Positions 1 through 9,759 of a stretch of 40,944 bases of DNA are shown piece after piece. The DNA lies in sequence record DRR378314_462. One strand, 5' to 3'. The notes under the pieces were generated by a model that was not told the origin of the DNA, made no database searches, and saw only the letters and a program-made list of their open reading frames with translations. Every line of letters starts with the position of its first letter. Position 1 is the first letter of the stretch. A program made the position numbers and the translations under genes.

Positions 1-31
1 CATCTTCAACCGTGATTGTGACTCTCTCCAA
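1..31 (-). CDS. nikR: Nickel-responsive regulator NikR, 5' end only (runs off the window edge)
   Basis: TTG start at 31-29 with GGAGG SD at 41-37. Reads MERVTITVED, matching the NikR ribbon-helix-helix N-terminus (E. coli MQRVTITLDD). Divergent from a nickel transporter with a NikR operator between them. Only 10 codons are visible. Confidence 0.75.
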   Translation of the reverse strand, partial: MERVTITVED

Positions 32-66
32 GACTGCCTCCGATTTTGCACTTGCGAAAAAGATGC

Positions 67-94
67 GTATGATAAATTATAGAAATCATCATAC
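67..94. promoter_or_regulatory. NikR operator
   Basis: GTATGA-N16-TCATAC (67-72 / 89-94), identical to the E. coli nikA operator consensus. Overlaps a candidate -10 TATGAT (68-73; -35 TTGCAC 46-51). Confidence 0.85.
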
Positions 95-127
95 AACATG
101 CTAATACCGTTAAACGGGGAGTTAAAG

Positions 128-691
128 ATGAAACGCGCTTTTCTAACAGCCAGCCTGGTTTTACTGGCCTCAGCCACACCGGCACTGGCCCATACAGGTC
201 ATACGATGGCCGGTGATTTTTCAACCGGATTTCTGCACCCGTTCTTTGGATTGGACCATATCCTGGCCATGATCGGCGTTGGATTATTGGCAACCCAGTA
301 TGACGGTAAATTAAAGCTCGTTCTGCCTGCGACTTTCGTTCTGGTCATGGCGCTTGGCGGTGTTCTGGGTCTTTCTGCATTGCAGATCCCGTTCATGGAA
401 CAAGGTATTGTCGGCTCTGTTATTCTGTTGGGCGCCATCCTTGCGTTCGGCAAGAAACTGCCCTTGATTGCCGCCGGTTCGCTGGTTGGTGTTTTCGCGC
501 TGTTCCACGGCGCGGCCCATGGTGTCGAAATGCCTGCAGCCTCAGCCTTTGCGGCTTATGGTCTGGGCATGCTGATTGCCAGCACAATCCTGCATGCAGC
601 GGGCGTTGCGTTTGGTTATGCCGCACCGTTCCTCCTGCGCTATGCGGGCGCAGCGTTTGCGCTGGCTGGCATTGGTCTGGCCGCTTCCTGA
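128..691 (+). CDS. hupE: HupE/UreJ family nickel/cobalt transporter
   Basis: Signal peptide ...PALA|HTGH; motifs HPFFGLDH and FHGAAHG; ~6 TM helices. ATG at 128 with GGGGAG SD preferred over the ORF-track start at 98. Confidence 0.92.
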   Translation: MKRAFLTASLVLLASATPALAHTGHTMAGDFSTGFLHPFFGLDHILAMIGVGLLATQYDGKLKLVLPATFVLVMALGGVLGLSALQIPFMEQGIVGSVILLGAILAFGKKLPLIAAGSLVGVFALFHGAAHGVEMPAASAFAAYGLGMLIASTILHAAGVAFGYAAPFLLRYAGAAFALAGIGLAAS

Positions 692-717
692 TCAATCAGA
701 TCAGAAAAACCAATATG

Positions 718-745
718 GCCCTCTGGAGACAGAGGGCTTTTTTTT
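718..745 (+). terminator. Rho-independent terminator
   Basis: GCCCTCTG-gaga-CAGAGGGC followed by T8. Confidence 0.9.
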
Positions 746-825
746 GCGCAACTGAACAAGCGCAGGCTTCAAAAGCGGATCCAAAACTCCTAAGTATATT
801 AAAGATCGAATAACCGGAGGGGATT

Positions 826-2052
826 ATGGCGTTATCACGGTATCTGACTTTTTGCCTTGGCCGGCAGGGTTTAAAAGCCATTGCAATCACCGCCGCAGGC
901 CTGCTGCCACTCACTGCCTATGCCGGTAATTTTAATGATCAGGGGCCGAATGCGCCCCATCAATCTCCGGCTTTTGAAGGGCAAACACGTGCCCCTGTTA
1001 TCACTGACACAATAGACTTGAAAGAAACGACCATTGCCTCCGGCTTTGTAAATCCCTGGGGGATGGATCAGTTGCCCGATGGCGCGTGGTTGATCACTGA
1101 ACGCCCCGGAAGGCTTCGGCATGTCAGCGGCGCAGGCAAAGTATCCAAACCCATAAAGGGACTGCCCGAGATGGATGCCAGAGGGCAAGGCGGTTTACTG
1201 GATATACTGATCAGCCCTGATTTTAACACCGACCGCCGGATCTGGTGGAGTTATGCTGAACCACGGGGCAACGGGGTCAATGGAACGGCTGTTGCAACGG
1301 GAGTGTTGTCAGACGATCTCACTCAGGTTCAGAATGTCAAACTGATCTTTAGTCAGAAGCCTGGTTGGCGATCAACTTATCATTTCGGTTCCCGACTTGT
1401 TCTGGATAATACCGGCGCACTTTTTGTCACGACGGGGGAGCGATCCTATGTCAATGCGCGAAAGCTGTCGCAAGACCCCATGACCCATATTGGAAAAGTC
1501 ATTCGCCTGAACCCATTGGGCGGGCCAGCAGCGGATAATCCGCCAATTGCCGGTGCCCTGCCTGAGGTTTGGTCATGGGGCCATCGCAATATTCAAGCGG
1601 CTGCCCTCTCCCCGGAAGGGGAACTCTGGACGATTGAACATGGGCCACGCGGCGGAGATGAACTGAACCGGCCGGAAGCTGGGAAGAATTATGGCTGGCC
1701 AATCATCACCTATGGTGAAGATTACAGTGGCACCCCTATTGGCGCTGGGATTACGGCAAAGGACGGAATGGAACAGCCGATTTATTATTGGGATCCGGTG
1801 ATTGCGCCAAGTGGGATGACTTTTTACACCGGTGATCTTTTCAAAGAGTGGAAGGGAAGCATTCTGGTTGGCGGTCTTGCCAGTCGATCTCTCGTCCGGC
1901 TCACCCTGGACGGAGACCGGGTAACGGGGGAGGCCCGCTACAGGCAGGGTCAGGCTCGGGTGCGGGACGTGGATGTGGCACAAGACGGAGCCGTCATGCT
2001 GCTGACGGATGCCAATAACGGCTCCCTCATCCGTGTCACGCCGGAAAACTAA
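826..2052 (+). CDS. PQQ-dependent sugar dehydrogenase (YliI/GSDH beta-propeller), exported
   Basis: Signal peptide; motifs GQGGLLDI, HFGSRL, SWGHRNIQ, EHGPRGGDELN, GKNYGWP, IAPSGM, RVRDV; GGAGG SD. Confidence 0.93.
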   Translation: MALSRYLTFCLGRQGLKAIAITAAGLLPLTAYAGNFNDQGPNAPHQSPAFEGQTRAPVITDTIDLKETTIASGFVNPWGMDQLPDGAWLITERPGRLRHVSGAGKVSKPIKGLPEMDARGQGGLLDILISPDFNTDRRIWWSYAEPRGNGVNGTAVATGVLSDDLTQVQNVKLIFSQKPGWRSTYHFGSRLVLDNTGALFVTTGERSYVNARKLSQDPMTHIGKVIRLNPLGGPAADNPPIAGALPEVWSWGHRNIQAAALSPEGELWTIEHGPRGGDELNRPEAGKNYGWPIITYGEDYSGTPIGAGITAKDGMEQPIYYWDPVIAPSGMTFYTGDLFKEWKGSILVGGLASRSLVRLTLDGDRVTGEARYRQGQARVRDVDVAQDGAVMLLTDANNGSLIRVTPEN

Positions 2053-2056
2053 AGAA

Positions 2057-3553
2057 TCATGCTTTCGTTTTACCCGCGTAAGCCGCTGCGGATCGGCCCG
2101 CAATTCGGCCAAACACAGCGCCATTAATCAGTCCTGTACCGCCGGGATAGTTATGATAGAAAATCCCTCCCACAATCTCACCCGCTGCATATAAACCAGG
2201 TAGCGGTTGAAGATCCGTATTCTTGACTTCTGCATCTGTCGTAATGCGAAGTCCGCCAAAGGTAAACGTCACGCCGCAGGTAATAGCGTAGGCTTCATAT
2301 GGCGATTTATCAAGGGCGTTAGCCCAGTTGGATTTGGGCACTTCAAGATCGTTGGTTCCGCGACCATCCTTGATGTTGGGGTTGAACTCCTTGTCGGTCA
2401 TGACGGCTGCGTTAAAGTCCTTAACAGTTTTCAGAAACCCATCTGGATTAACCCCTTCCAGTTTCTCAGCCAGTCCTTCCAGCGTATCGGAAGATACTTT
2501 CGTCACCTGCTTAATCCGGTATTCATCACGAAGCAGGTGAGTGACTTTGGCATCAAATATCTGCCAGGCGAAATTTCCGGTTTGGGCTAAAATTTCCCGT
2601 CCATATTTAGCATAGGTATAATTGCGAAAATCAGCCCCTTCATCGACAAAACGTTGCCCTTCGGCATTGACCATGATCCCGAAGGGATAAGAGTGTTTCT
2701 GAAAATTATCACCAACCGCCAGATCCCCATATTCGGGCGCATTTCGATCCCAACCCACAGCATGGCACCCGGACCAATTGCCTGCTGAACTGGCCCCGAT
2801 ATCAAGGGCCATGGCATGCCCATCACCGGTATTGAAGGGGGTACCGCGCACCTTTGCCAGATCCCAGCCTGGCCCCAAATACCGGGTCCGTTTTTCTGGG
2901 CTCGACTGAAAGCCACCTGAGGCCAGCACAACAGCCTTGGCCCGGACCTCCATGATATCGCCGGATTTACGAATTTTAACACCTTCAACCTTTGTCCCAT
3001 CAAACAACAGCTCCAGCGCCCTGGCCTCATACCAGACATCCACCCCGCGCCGCTTGGCAATTTCTGTCAGACTATCGACGAGGCCTGGACCACCGCCATT
3101 GGCCTCAACTGTCAAACCACCCCAAAATTTAAAGCGTCCATCGACCTTAAAGGCCTGACGGCCATAGATGGGAACAAAGCGAACCCCTTGCTGGCGCATC
3201 CATTTAAGAGTTTCAAAACTTTTGCGAACCAGAATTTCGCAAAGATCCGGATCTGTCCGATACTGGGTCACGCGGAACATATCGTCAAAAAACTGATCTT
3301 CCGTGTAGGTGCCAAAATCGGTGATTGCGATTTCATTTTCCGACAGGTCCGGCATCACCTCTTTCAGATCTTCAACACCGCGATAGGCAAAGCGGATGGC
3401 CCCTGCGGTAAATCGCGAATTACCGCCGTTTAAATCTTCGGGTGCGCATTCCAACACCAGAACGCGGCTTCCCTCTTCCTCTGCACTGAGTGCCGCGCAA
3501 AAAGCAGCGTTGCCCGCCCCCACGACGATGACATCATACTCCTGATTACCCAT
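2057..3553 (-). CDS. tcuA: FAD-dependent tricarballylate dehydrogenase TcuA/CobZ-like flavoprotein
   Basis: DVIVVGAGNAA FAD motif; GGNSRFTAGAIRF, YPFGIMVN..G.RFVDEG.DF..YTYAKYG, TFTFGGL, NYPGGTGL..GAVFGRIAG. The substrate may differ from tricarballylate. Confidence 0.85.
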   Translation of the reverse strand: MGNQEYDVIVVGAGNAAFCAALSAEEEGSRVLVLECAPEDLNGGNSRFTAGAIRFAYRGVEDLKEVMPDLSENEIAITDFGTYTEDQFFDDMFRVTQYRTDPDLCEILVRKSFETLKWMRQQGVRFVPIYGRQAFKVDGRFKFWGGLTVEANGGGPGLVDSLTEIAKRRGVDVWYEARALELLFDGTKVEGVKIRKSGDIMEVRAKAVVLASGGFQSSPEKRTRYLGPGWDLAKVRGTPFNTGDGHAMALDIGASSAGNWSGCHAVGWDRNAPEYGDLAVGDNFQKHSYPFGIMVNAEGQRFVDEGADFRNYTYAKYGREILAQTGNFAWQIFDAKVTHLLRDEYRIKQVTKVSSDTLEGLAEKLEGVNPDGFLKTVKDFNAAVMTDKEFNPNIKDGRGTNDLEVPKSNWANALDKSPYEAYAITCGVTFTFGGLRITTDAEVKNTDLQPLPGLYAAGEIVGGIFYHNYPGGTGLINGAVFGRIAGRSAAAYAGKTKA

Positions 3554-3573
3554 TCTGCCTGTTCCTCCTCGGC

Positions 3574-4467
3574 TTAACGCTGACGCGACTGTTCGACTAT
3601 TTTGATCAGGGCAGGGAAATATTCAGCCCCGAACCCTTCTGCACTCGATTTCTCAAGCAGGGACTTTGCCAGTTTGGCCGATGGCGTCTCCACCCCGCCG
3701 TCCGCGGCAAGCTCCAACGCATAACTGATATCTTTGATCGCATAATCTGTCGCAAATGCATTCAAAGGAAAGGTGCCCGGAACCATGGCTTTCATTCCGT
3801 GATTGCGAAGCGCAAAGCTATCCGCCGACCCTTGAGACAAGGTGCTCAGCAAAAGATCTTTGGAAACACCAGCCGCCTCCGCCGTGACCAGAGCTTCTGC
3901 CAGGGCAACCACTGTTTGAAACAGAACCATATTATTCATGACCTTCATCACCTGGCCAGTGCCGATACCACCGCAATGAGTGATTTCAGAGGCTGCAGGC
4001 GCCAGATACGGACGGATCATCGAAAACGCCTCGTCCGTTGCACCAACCATGATACTCAAGGTGCCGTCAATTGCCGCCTGGCGGGTTCGGGCCACGGGCG
4101 CATCAATTAACTGCACTCCCTTTTGAGCCGCTTTCTGGTGCCATTCGCGGGTCAGACCAACCGGACAAGTGCTCAAATCCACAACAACAAGCCCTTCTGC
4201 TGCTGCAGCAAGAATTCCGTCACGCCCGGTCAGGATGGCTTCAACCTCTGTACCACCCGGCAGTGAGAGGAACAGGATATCAGAGCTTTGCACAAGATCA
4301 GTGACGCTCCGCCCTTCGGTTGCGCCGTCATCGACCAATCTTTGAACCGGATCCTTATTTAAATCCAACACTTTCATGGAACCCAGATCTGCTTTGAGAA
4401 TATTCCGGCAAATCGGCTCTCCCATCACACCTAGTCCAATAAACCCGAGACGTTTTTTTGTTATCAT
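3574..4467 (-). CDS. NAD(P)-dependent beta-hydroxyacid dehydrogenase (3-hydroxyisobutyrate dehydrogenase/tartronate semialdehyde reductase family)
   Basis: GFIGLGVMG, DAPV, GTLSIMVG, catalytic K in MKVMNN, KD motif. Confidence 0.9.
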   Translation of the reverse strand: MITKKRLGFIGLGVMGEPICRNILKADLGSMKVLDLNKDPVQRLVDDGATEGRSVTDLVQSSDILFLSLPGGTEVEAILTGRDGILAAAAEGLVVVDLSTCPVGLTREWHQKAAQKGVQLIDAPVARTRQAAIDGTLSIMVGATDEAFSMIRPYLAPAASEITHCGGIGTGQVMKVMNNMVLFQTVVALAEALVTAEAAGVSKDLLLSTLSQGSADSFALRNHGMKAMVPGTFPLNAFATDYAIKDISYALELAADGGVETPSAKLAKSLLEKSSAEGFGAEYFPALIKIVEQSRQR

Positions 4468-4479
4468 TTTTAGTCCCCT

Positions 4480-5460
4480 TTAAATTTGAAAATCTTCAGG
4501 AAGCGTAGCGATTGCAACGGCAGTATCAGCCAACGCCCCCATATAAATCTGACGCCCTGACGGTCCGCCGATGGCAATGGATGCAATGTTTTTCAGCCTG
4601 TCACCTGCCGTTTTATAAAAATGCTCCCGCCCCATTTCACCGGCAACCAGAGCATCCTCGACCCATTTAATGTGATCAGGATCCGCATCCTCCAATACCA
4701 GCTGAACAGTACCGTCAGGTGCCACTGCATAAAGGCGGTTACTGACAATGCTGGTGACCCACAAATTACCGGTGTGATCGAAGCAGCAGCCATCTGGAAA
4801 ATCGCCATATCCGAAGCGACAAAAGACTTCCCGATCTGTCAGCATATTGTCCTCAGTAATGCGAAAGCGGGTTATCTGACGGGCGAATGTCTCGCTGATG
4901 TATAAATATTTGCCATCAGGTGAAATCCGGCATTCATTGGCAAAACAGATGCTATCACATACGATCCGCGATTCGTTCTGATCCTGAACGATAATCAGCC
5001 CATCCTCTACCTGATCCGAATATGCCTTAAAGCGCGGCTGGCTGACGGTGCTGACCGTAATCCAGGTTCGATCCTGTTGATCTTGCGTCACAAAATTTGC
5101 CGCTGCTAGAAAAGTTCCGTCCACCTCCATCAAATGCGGGGTTAGCTCTCCCGCTGCAGATAACCGCCAAACTCCGCCGCCTTCGCCAATATTTGCGATC
5201 AAGAAGCTTCCATCACTGCAACGGTGAATTCCATTGGGAACGATCTCAGCGCCATTGGCTTGCAGGCCTTCTTTGCCGATCAGGGTCTGTGTTCCGTCTT
5301 GCGCAATATGGGTCACTCCTCCAGCAGTGTGAGAGACATAAAGTCCTCCGTCTTCATCCACCAGAACGCATTCAGGTCGTGAAAGATTTCGTCCGATGAA
5401 AGACACATCCGCGATCGGCAAAAGTGGCGTTAGACCTAATGGTTTATTCGGTAATCCCAT
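4480..5460 (-). CDS. SMP-30/gluconolactonase/LRE family beta-propeller
   Basis: RPECV, PNG, AANF, FANECRISPDG..LYISET, FPDGCCFD..GNLW. ATG at 5460 overlaps the ALDH stop region. Confidence 0.85.
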   Translation of the reverse strand: MGLPNKPLGLTPLLPIADVSFIGRNLSRPECVLVDEDGGLYVSHTAGGVTHIAQDGTQTLIGKEGLQANGAEIVPNGIHRCSDGSFLIANIGEGGGVWRLSAAGELTPHLMEVDGTFLAAANFVTQDQQDRTWITVSTVSQPRFKAYSDQVEDGLIIVQDQNESRIVCDSICFANECRISPDGKYLYISETFARQITRFRITEDNMLTDREVFCRFGYGDFPDGCCFDHTGNLWVTSIVSNRLYAVAPDGTVQLVLEDADPDHIKWVEDALVAGEMGREHFYKTAGDRLKNIASIAIGGPSGRQIYMGALADTAVAIATLPEDFQI

Positions 5461-6928
5461 TTTCAAATCCCCCCAGATAAATACTTTTAAGTTGTTGATA
5501 GGCACGAAACCCCTGCACCCCTTTCTCACGCCCGACGCCGCTTTCGCCATAGCCACCGAACGGCGCCGAAATGCTGAGTTGCTTATAAGTGTTCAGCCAA
5601 ACCGTTCCGGCCTTTATGGCTTTTGCAACAGCCCATGCTTTTTGATAGTCACGGGTCCACACACCCGCCGCCAGTCCATAAACAGTATCGTTGGCACATG
5701 CGACCGCCTGCTCAACTGACCGAAAAGAACAAACCGCCAGAACACCACCAAAAATTTCTTCCTGAATAACCCCAGAGGACGGATCAAGTCCGTCAATGAT
5801 TGTTGGCGGAAAATACGCGCCCTGCTCATACGCCTCCCCTTGCGGCCGCTCACCTCCTGTAAGAATGTTGCCACCTTCCTGGCGGGCAACCTCCACATAA
5901 CTTTCCACCCGATCACGCTGTTGAAAAGAAGCCATGGGGCCAATATCACTAGCCGTGTCAAATGGATCACCAAGCTTCATGGCCTCTGCTTTTGTGACCA
6001 GCATCTGCAGAAATTCATCGTGAACAGATTTTTCCACCAGCAATCTGGACCCGGCAACACAAGATTGCCCCCCCGATGCAAAGATAGCGCCGATAACACC
6101 GTTGCAGGCCGCTTCCAAATCGGCATCGGCAAACACAATATTGGGAGATTTGCCTCCCAGCTCCAAAATAACCGGTTTAAACAAGCCTGCCGCGGTTTGG
6201 GCAATGATTTGTCCGGCAGTCGGGCCGCCTGTAAAGGATATTAAATCGCTAAGGGCGCTGGTAACCAGTTGATGCCCCACGTCCCCTCTGCCAGGAACCA
6301 CATTGAGCATTCCGGTCGGCAATCCCGCATCAAGGAAGCAACGGGCCAGCTCCATAGAGACCAGTGACGTTAATTCGGACGGTTTCAGAATTACCGCATT
6401 ACCTGCCGCCAGAGCGGGGGCGATTTTCTGTGCGGCCATTGTCAGAGGTGAATTCCAAGGCGTGATGGCTGCAACAACACCAAAAGGTTCATGAACTGTT
6501 GCCGTCAGGTAATTTCCACGGGCCGGTGGAATTTCATCCAACTGAGTTTCACAGAGTGCGGCAAAATACCGGACAATACCCGCCGCAGACAACGCCTGAG
6601 CCCGAGACTCTTTGAATGTTTTTCCATTTTCAGTGGATTGCAAAACCGCCAGCAAATCTGCTCGGTCTGCGATCAATTCAGCACTGCGAAAGAGGTAATC
6701 AGCCCGCTGATGTGGCAGTAGGCTTGCCCAGTCCCGAGATTGCCAGGCTGCCGCGGCGGCTTGCAAAGCATTTTCGACCTGTTTTGTTGATGCCGTGGCC
6801 AAATCCCCGATGAGTGCCCCCGAAGCCGGGTTTCGGATCTCTATAATTTCGCCGGTTCCGTCTATCCAATCTCCGCCAATTGGTAACTTCTGATGATCTT
6901 CAAACCTGAAGTCGAAATTCACACTCAT
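5444..6928 (-). CDS. NAD-dependent aldehyde dehydrogenase
   Basis: ITPWNSP, LKPSE, SFTGG, LELGGKSP, GQSCVAGSR (catalytic Cys), EEIFG, YGLAAG. Confidence 0.95.
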   Translation of the reverse strand: MSVNFDFRFEDHQKLPIGGDWIDGTGEIIEIRNPASGALIGDLATASTKQVENALQAAAAAWQSRDWASLLPHQRADYLFRSAELIADRADLLAVLQSTENGKTFKESRAQALSAAGIVRYFAALCETQLDEIPPARGNYLTATVHEPFGVVAAITPWNSPLTMAAQKIAPALAAGNAVILKPSELTSLVSMELARCFLDAGLPTGMLNVVPGRGDVGHQLVTSALSDLISFTGGPTAGQIIAQTAAGLFKPVILELGGKSPNIVFADADLEAACNGVIGAIFASGGQSCVAGSRLLVEKSVHDEFLQMLVTKAEAMKLGDPFDTASDIGPMASFQQRDRVESYVEVARQEGGNILTGGERPQGEAYEQGAYFPPTIIDGLDPSSGVIQEEIFGGVLAVCSFRSVEQAVACANDTVYGLAAGVWTRDYQKAWAVAKAIKAGTVWLNTYKQLSISAPFGGYGESGVGREKGVQGFRAYQQLKSIYLGGFENGITE

Positions 6929-6944
6929 GTCAGCCCCTTTCTTT

Positions 6945-7025
6945 TTATTTGAAAGAAGCTTAATCAGGAATTATTATTATGTTAAATAGATTAATTTTTC
7001 TAATTATTAAAATAAATTTAATAAT
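6945..7025. promoter_or_regulatory. Very AT-rich divergent promoter region, likely LysR-bound
   Basis: Almost all A/T between the divergent ALDH operon and lysR; typical of LysR control regions. No single box could be pinned down. Confidence 0.5.
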
Positions 7026-7925
7026 ATGGACCTTAAACATTGCCGGGCCTTCGTCGCGGTTGCTGAACATCTGCACTTCACCAAAGCTGCCGCCGCGCTC
7101 AATATGACCCAACCAACCCTGACCCATCTTATTCAACAGTTGGAACAGACACTCGGGGTATCGTTGTTAAACAGAAGCACCCGACAAGTTGAACTCACCC
7201 AAATGGGAGAGATTTTCCTGCCACTTGCCCGCAATGTCGTCCATGACATCCGCGCTGCCGTAGATCATATGCAGGATCTGGCAGAGCTTCGGCGGGGCAA
7301 AGTTGCAGTTGCAGCCTTCCCCTCTGTCGCGGCAAATGAACTGCCACGGCTGATTGTCAATTTTGAGAAAAAGTTTCCCGGCGTTGAAGTGAAGATCCAC
7401 GATGGGATCTGGGAAAATATCATACGGTCTATTCAGGAGGGAACCGCCGATTTTGCGATAACATCCGAGCCCGAAGACATGGAGCCGTTTGTGTTCAAGC
7501 ATATGTATGATGATTTTATCCATCTTCTTTGCCAGGATAGCCATCCCTATGCCCATCGAAGTTCAGTCACGTGGCAGGAAATCCAAAAGGAAAAATTGAT
7601 CTTGCTGTCTGATAATACAGGCGTCCGGCAAAGCATTGACCTGGCATTGGGCGATATGACCCAGCAGTTGCAATCGGTTTATGAACCCGCATTGATCCAA
7701 ACCGTTGCCGGACTTGTCTCTGCCGGCGCTGGTCTTGGCGTTATTCTGTCCTCCTATCGGCCGGTGATCAGCCAAAGTAATGTTGTCTCTTTGCCAATCG
7801 AGGATCCCCTTGTGCGCAGGCCAGTGGGCATTCTCACCCGCAAAGACCGGCAACTGACACCTGCAGCACAAACCCTTCTGACCATGACAGTGGATCACTT
7901 CTCACCTGTAAAGACCGCTTCATAA
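7026..7925 (+). CDS. LysR family transcriptional regulator
   Basis: N-terminal HTH FVAVAEHLHFTKAAAALNMTQPTLT..IQQLE..LG..LL.RSTR plus LysR substrate domain. Confidence 0.96.
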   Translation: MDLKHCRAFVAVAEHLHFTKAAAALNMTQPTLTHLIQQLEQTLGVSLLNRSTRQVELTQMGEIFLPLARNVVHDIRAAVDHMQDLAELRRGKVAVAAFPSVAANELPRLIVNFEKKFPGVEVKIHDGIWENIIRSIQEGTADFAITSEPEDMEPFVFKHMYDDFIHLLCQDSHPYAHRSSVTWQEIQKEKLILLSDNTGVRQSIDLALGDMTQQLQSVYEPALIQTVAGLVSAGAGLGVILSSYRPVISQSNVVSLPIEDPLVRRPVGILTRKDRQLTPAAQTLLTMTVDHFSPVKTAS

Positions 7926-8014
7926 ACTGGTTCACCCGCATCCGGTTTTACTTGACCTGATGACAAAACTGGAAAATTATAATTTCCTAAATTAAAGTCG
8001 GGAGGGACCCTGAC

Positions 8015-8752
8015 ATGCCCGTATTGAAACTGGCACTGGTAATTTTCGTCAGTAGCTTTTTCATTTCAATCCCCAACAGCAACGCTCAGGAAGAGACTAA
8101 GGTCGGCCTTGAGTTGGTGCTGCTTGCCGATGCGACAGGATCCATTGACGACGCCGAAATCCTGTTTCAACGGCAAGGCTATGCCAAAGCGATCACGGAT
8201 CCGGCGGTGATTGATGCCATCAGCATCAGCGCGTATGAGAAAATCGCGGTTACTTATGTGGAATGGGGCGATGCGGACTCCCAACATATCGTTGTCGACT
8301 GGCAAATCATTGATGGTGCCAAATCCGCTCATAAATTTGCCGAAGACCTACTGAAACCTGAAAGACTGGCCTTTGGCTATAACGCCATCGGATCAGCCTT
8401 GATGTTTGGAAAAAACCTTATTGAAAAGAACAATATCTGGGGGTTGCGGCGGGTGATTGATATTTCCGCAGATAGTGCCAATAACTGGAGCGGCCCAACC
8501 ATCCCCTTTGCCCGGAGTGAGGTGATTGAGGCCAATATCACCATCAATGGTCTTGCCGTTCTGTGTCGGCATTGTTCGGGACGCCCGAATAACTACAACC
8601 TGGAAGAAGCCTTCAAATCCCAAATTATTGGGGGCAATGGCGCCTTCGTTATCACAGCAGACAGCGCCAATACTTTTGCTGCGGCAGTGCGGCGAAAACT
8701 CATTCTGGAAATAGCCGACACCTCCCCCACCGGGGCGGTACGGACAGAATAG
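8015..8752 (+). CDS. DUF1194 family exported vWA-like protein
   Basis: Signal peptide; LELVLLADATGSID..E..FQRQGYA.A, RRVIDISAD, TINGLAV, IIGG.GAFV, F..AVRRKLILEIA. Confidence 0.88.
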   Translation: MPVLKLALVIFVSSFFISIPNSNAQEETKVGLELVLLADATGSIDDAEILFQRQGYAKAITDPAVIDAISISAYEKIAVTYVEWGDADSQHIVVDWQIIDGAKSAHKFAEDLLKPERLAFGYNAIGSALMFGKNLIEKNNIWGLRRVIDISADSANNWSGPTIPFARSEVIEANITINGLAVLCRHCSGRPNNYNLEEAFKSQIIGGNGAFVITADSANTFAAAVRRKLILEIADTSPTGAVRTE

Positions 8753-8760
8753 GTTGCCCC

Positions 8761-9588
8761 CTAACGTCGGTCATTTGGGGTCTGAAGCATTATGGTTGGT
8801 ACGTCGCAATTATGATCACGAACGGTGAAGACTTCGGTCCCAGCGCGGCGACCCTTTCGGGATTTGGACACGTCAACACCAAGTGCCGCTAGATCGGCTG
8901 CAGCCTCTGCCGCATTGGCAACCCGCCAACTCACTCCCCAGAAATAATCAGCATCCAGGCCCTGCTCATCCTCATTAAGCCCGCGCGCCACTTCCAAAAT
9001 CATATCTCCGCATCGAAAGAAAAGTAGCTGAGCGCCCCAGTCGGGCCTGTTTAAATCAAGCCTGAGACTGAGCCCTAATCTGGCAGCGAACAACGCCATC
9101 ACCGCATCTACATTCTGGGTTCGGATGACCAAATGATCCATCGCCATAACACGGCCCGGATTTTTGGCGGCTTCAGTTGGAACTGACCAATCTGTGGGTC
9201 TTTCGATAAACGAAAGGCGCAACGAACGGGTTTCCTCCGGCGCTAATGTGTAGACATCCTCCATTGCTGAGGTGACAGCCAACTCCCGGTAAGGGTCTGC
9301 ACGGCTATGATCCTGCATTTTCGGCCCGACAGCCTGCAGGCGACGTTGAAAACGCGCCGCATTTGGCACCTGGAAACAAAGCTCAACCAAGCCGAAATCT
9401 GTTTCAGTCTCTCTAAATAACAATCCTGTGTTGGCAAACTGAAAAAGACCTGCATTTAAGCCTTCTGATTGGCCGCTACAAAGCGGCGGCTTACCGAAAA
9501 GAGTTTCAGAATGACTAATTGCAAGCTCAATATCTGGAACGTTGACAACGACATGATCCAACGCCGAAATATAGGAGTGATTACTCAT
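8761..9588 (-). CDS. VOC/glyoxalase family protein (two VOC domains)
   Basis: Repeated LDHVVVNV / MDHLVIRT motifs. Start uncertain (9624, 9600 or 9588). Confidence 0.8.
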   Translation of the reverse strand: MSNHSYISALDHVVVNVPDIELAISHSETLFGKPPLCSGQSEGLNAGLFQFANTGLLFRETETDFGLVELCFQVPNAARFQRRLQAVGPKMQDHSRADPYRELAVTSAMEDVYTLAPEETRSLRLSFIERPTDWSVPTEAAKNPGRVMAMDHLVIRTQNVDAVMALFAARLGLSLRLDLNRPDWGAQLLFFRCGDMILEVARGLNEDEQGLDADYFWGVSWRVANAAEAAADLAALGVDVSKSRKGRRAGTEVFTVRDHNCDVPTIMLQTPNDRR

Positions 9589-9759
9589 CGATCTTCTCAT
9601 TATTTGTTTTTGTTTATACTGCAAATGGGTAATTTGGTTGGCAAATATACCTGAATAGCCATTTCCCTTTTCAGTATTTTATCTCATAATCCAGGGAAAG
9701 ACAGGATAAACAAAACCCTATTGCTATCCAACAGGTCCACCACCCAATTGGGAAATGCC

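Noticed and set aside
7952-7983. Sigma70 promoter TTGACC...TATAAT before the DUF1194 gene
   Set aside because: The spacer is 20 bp, too long to call as a pair.
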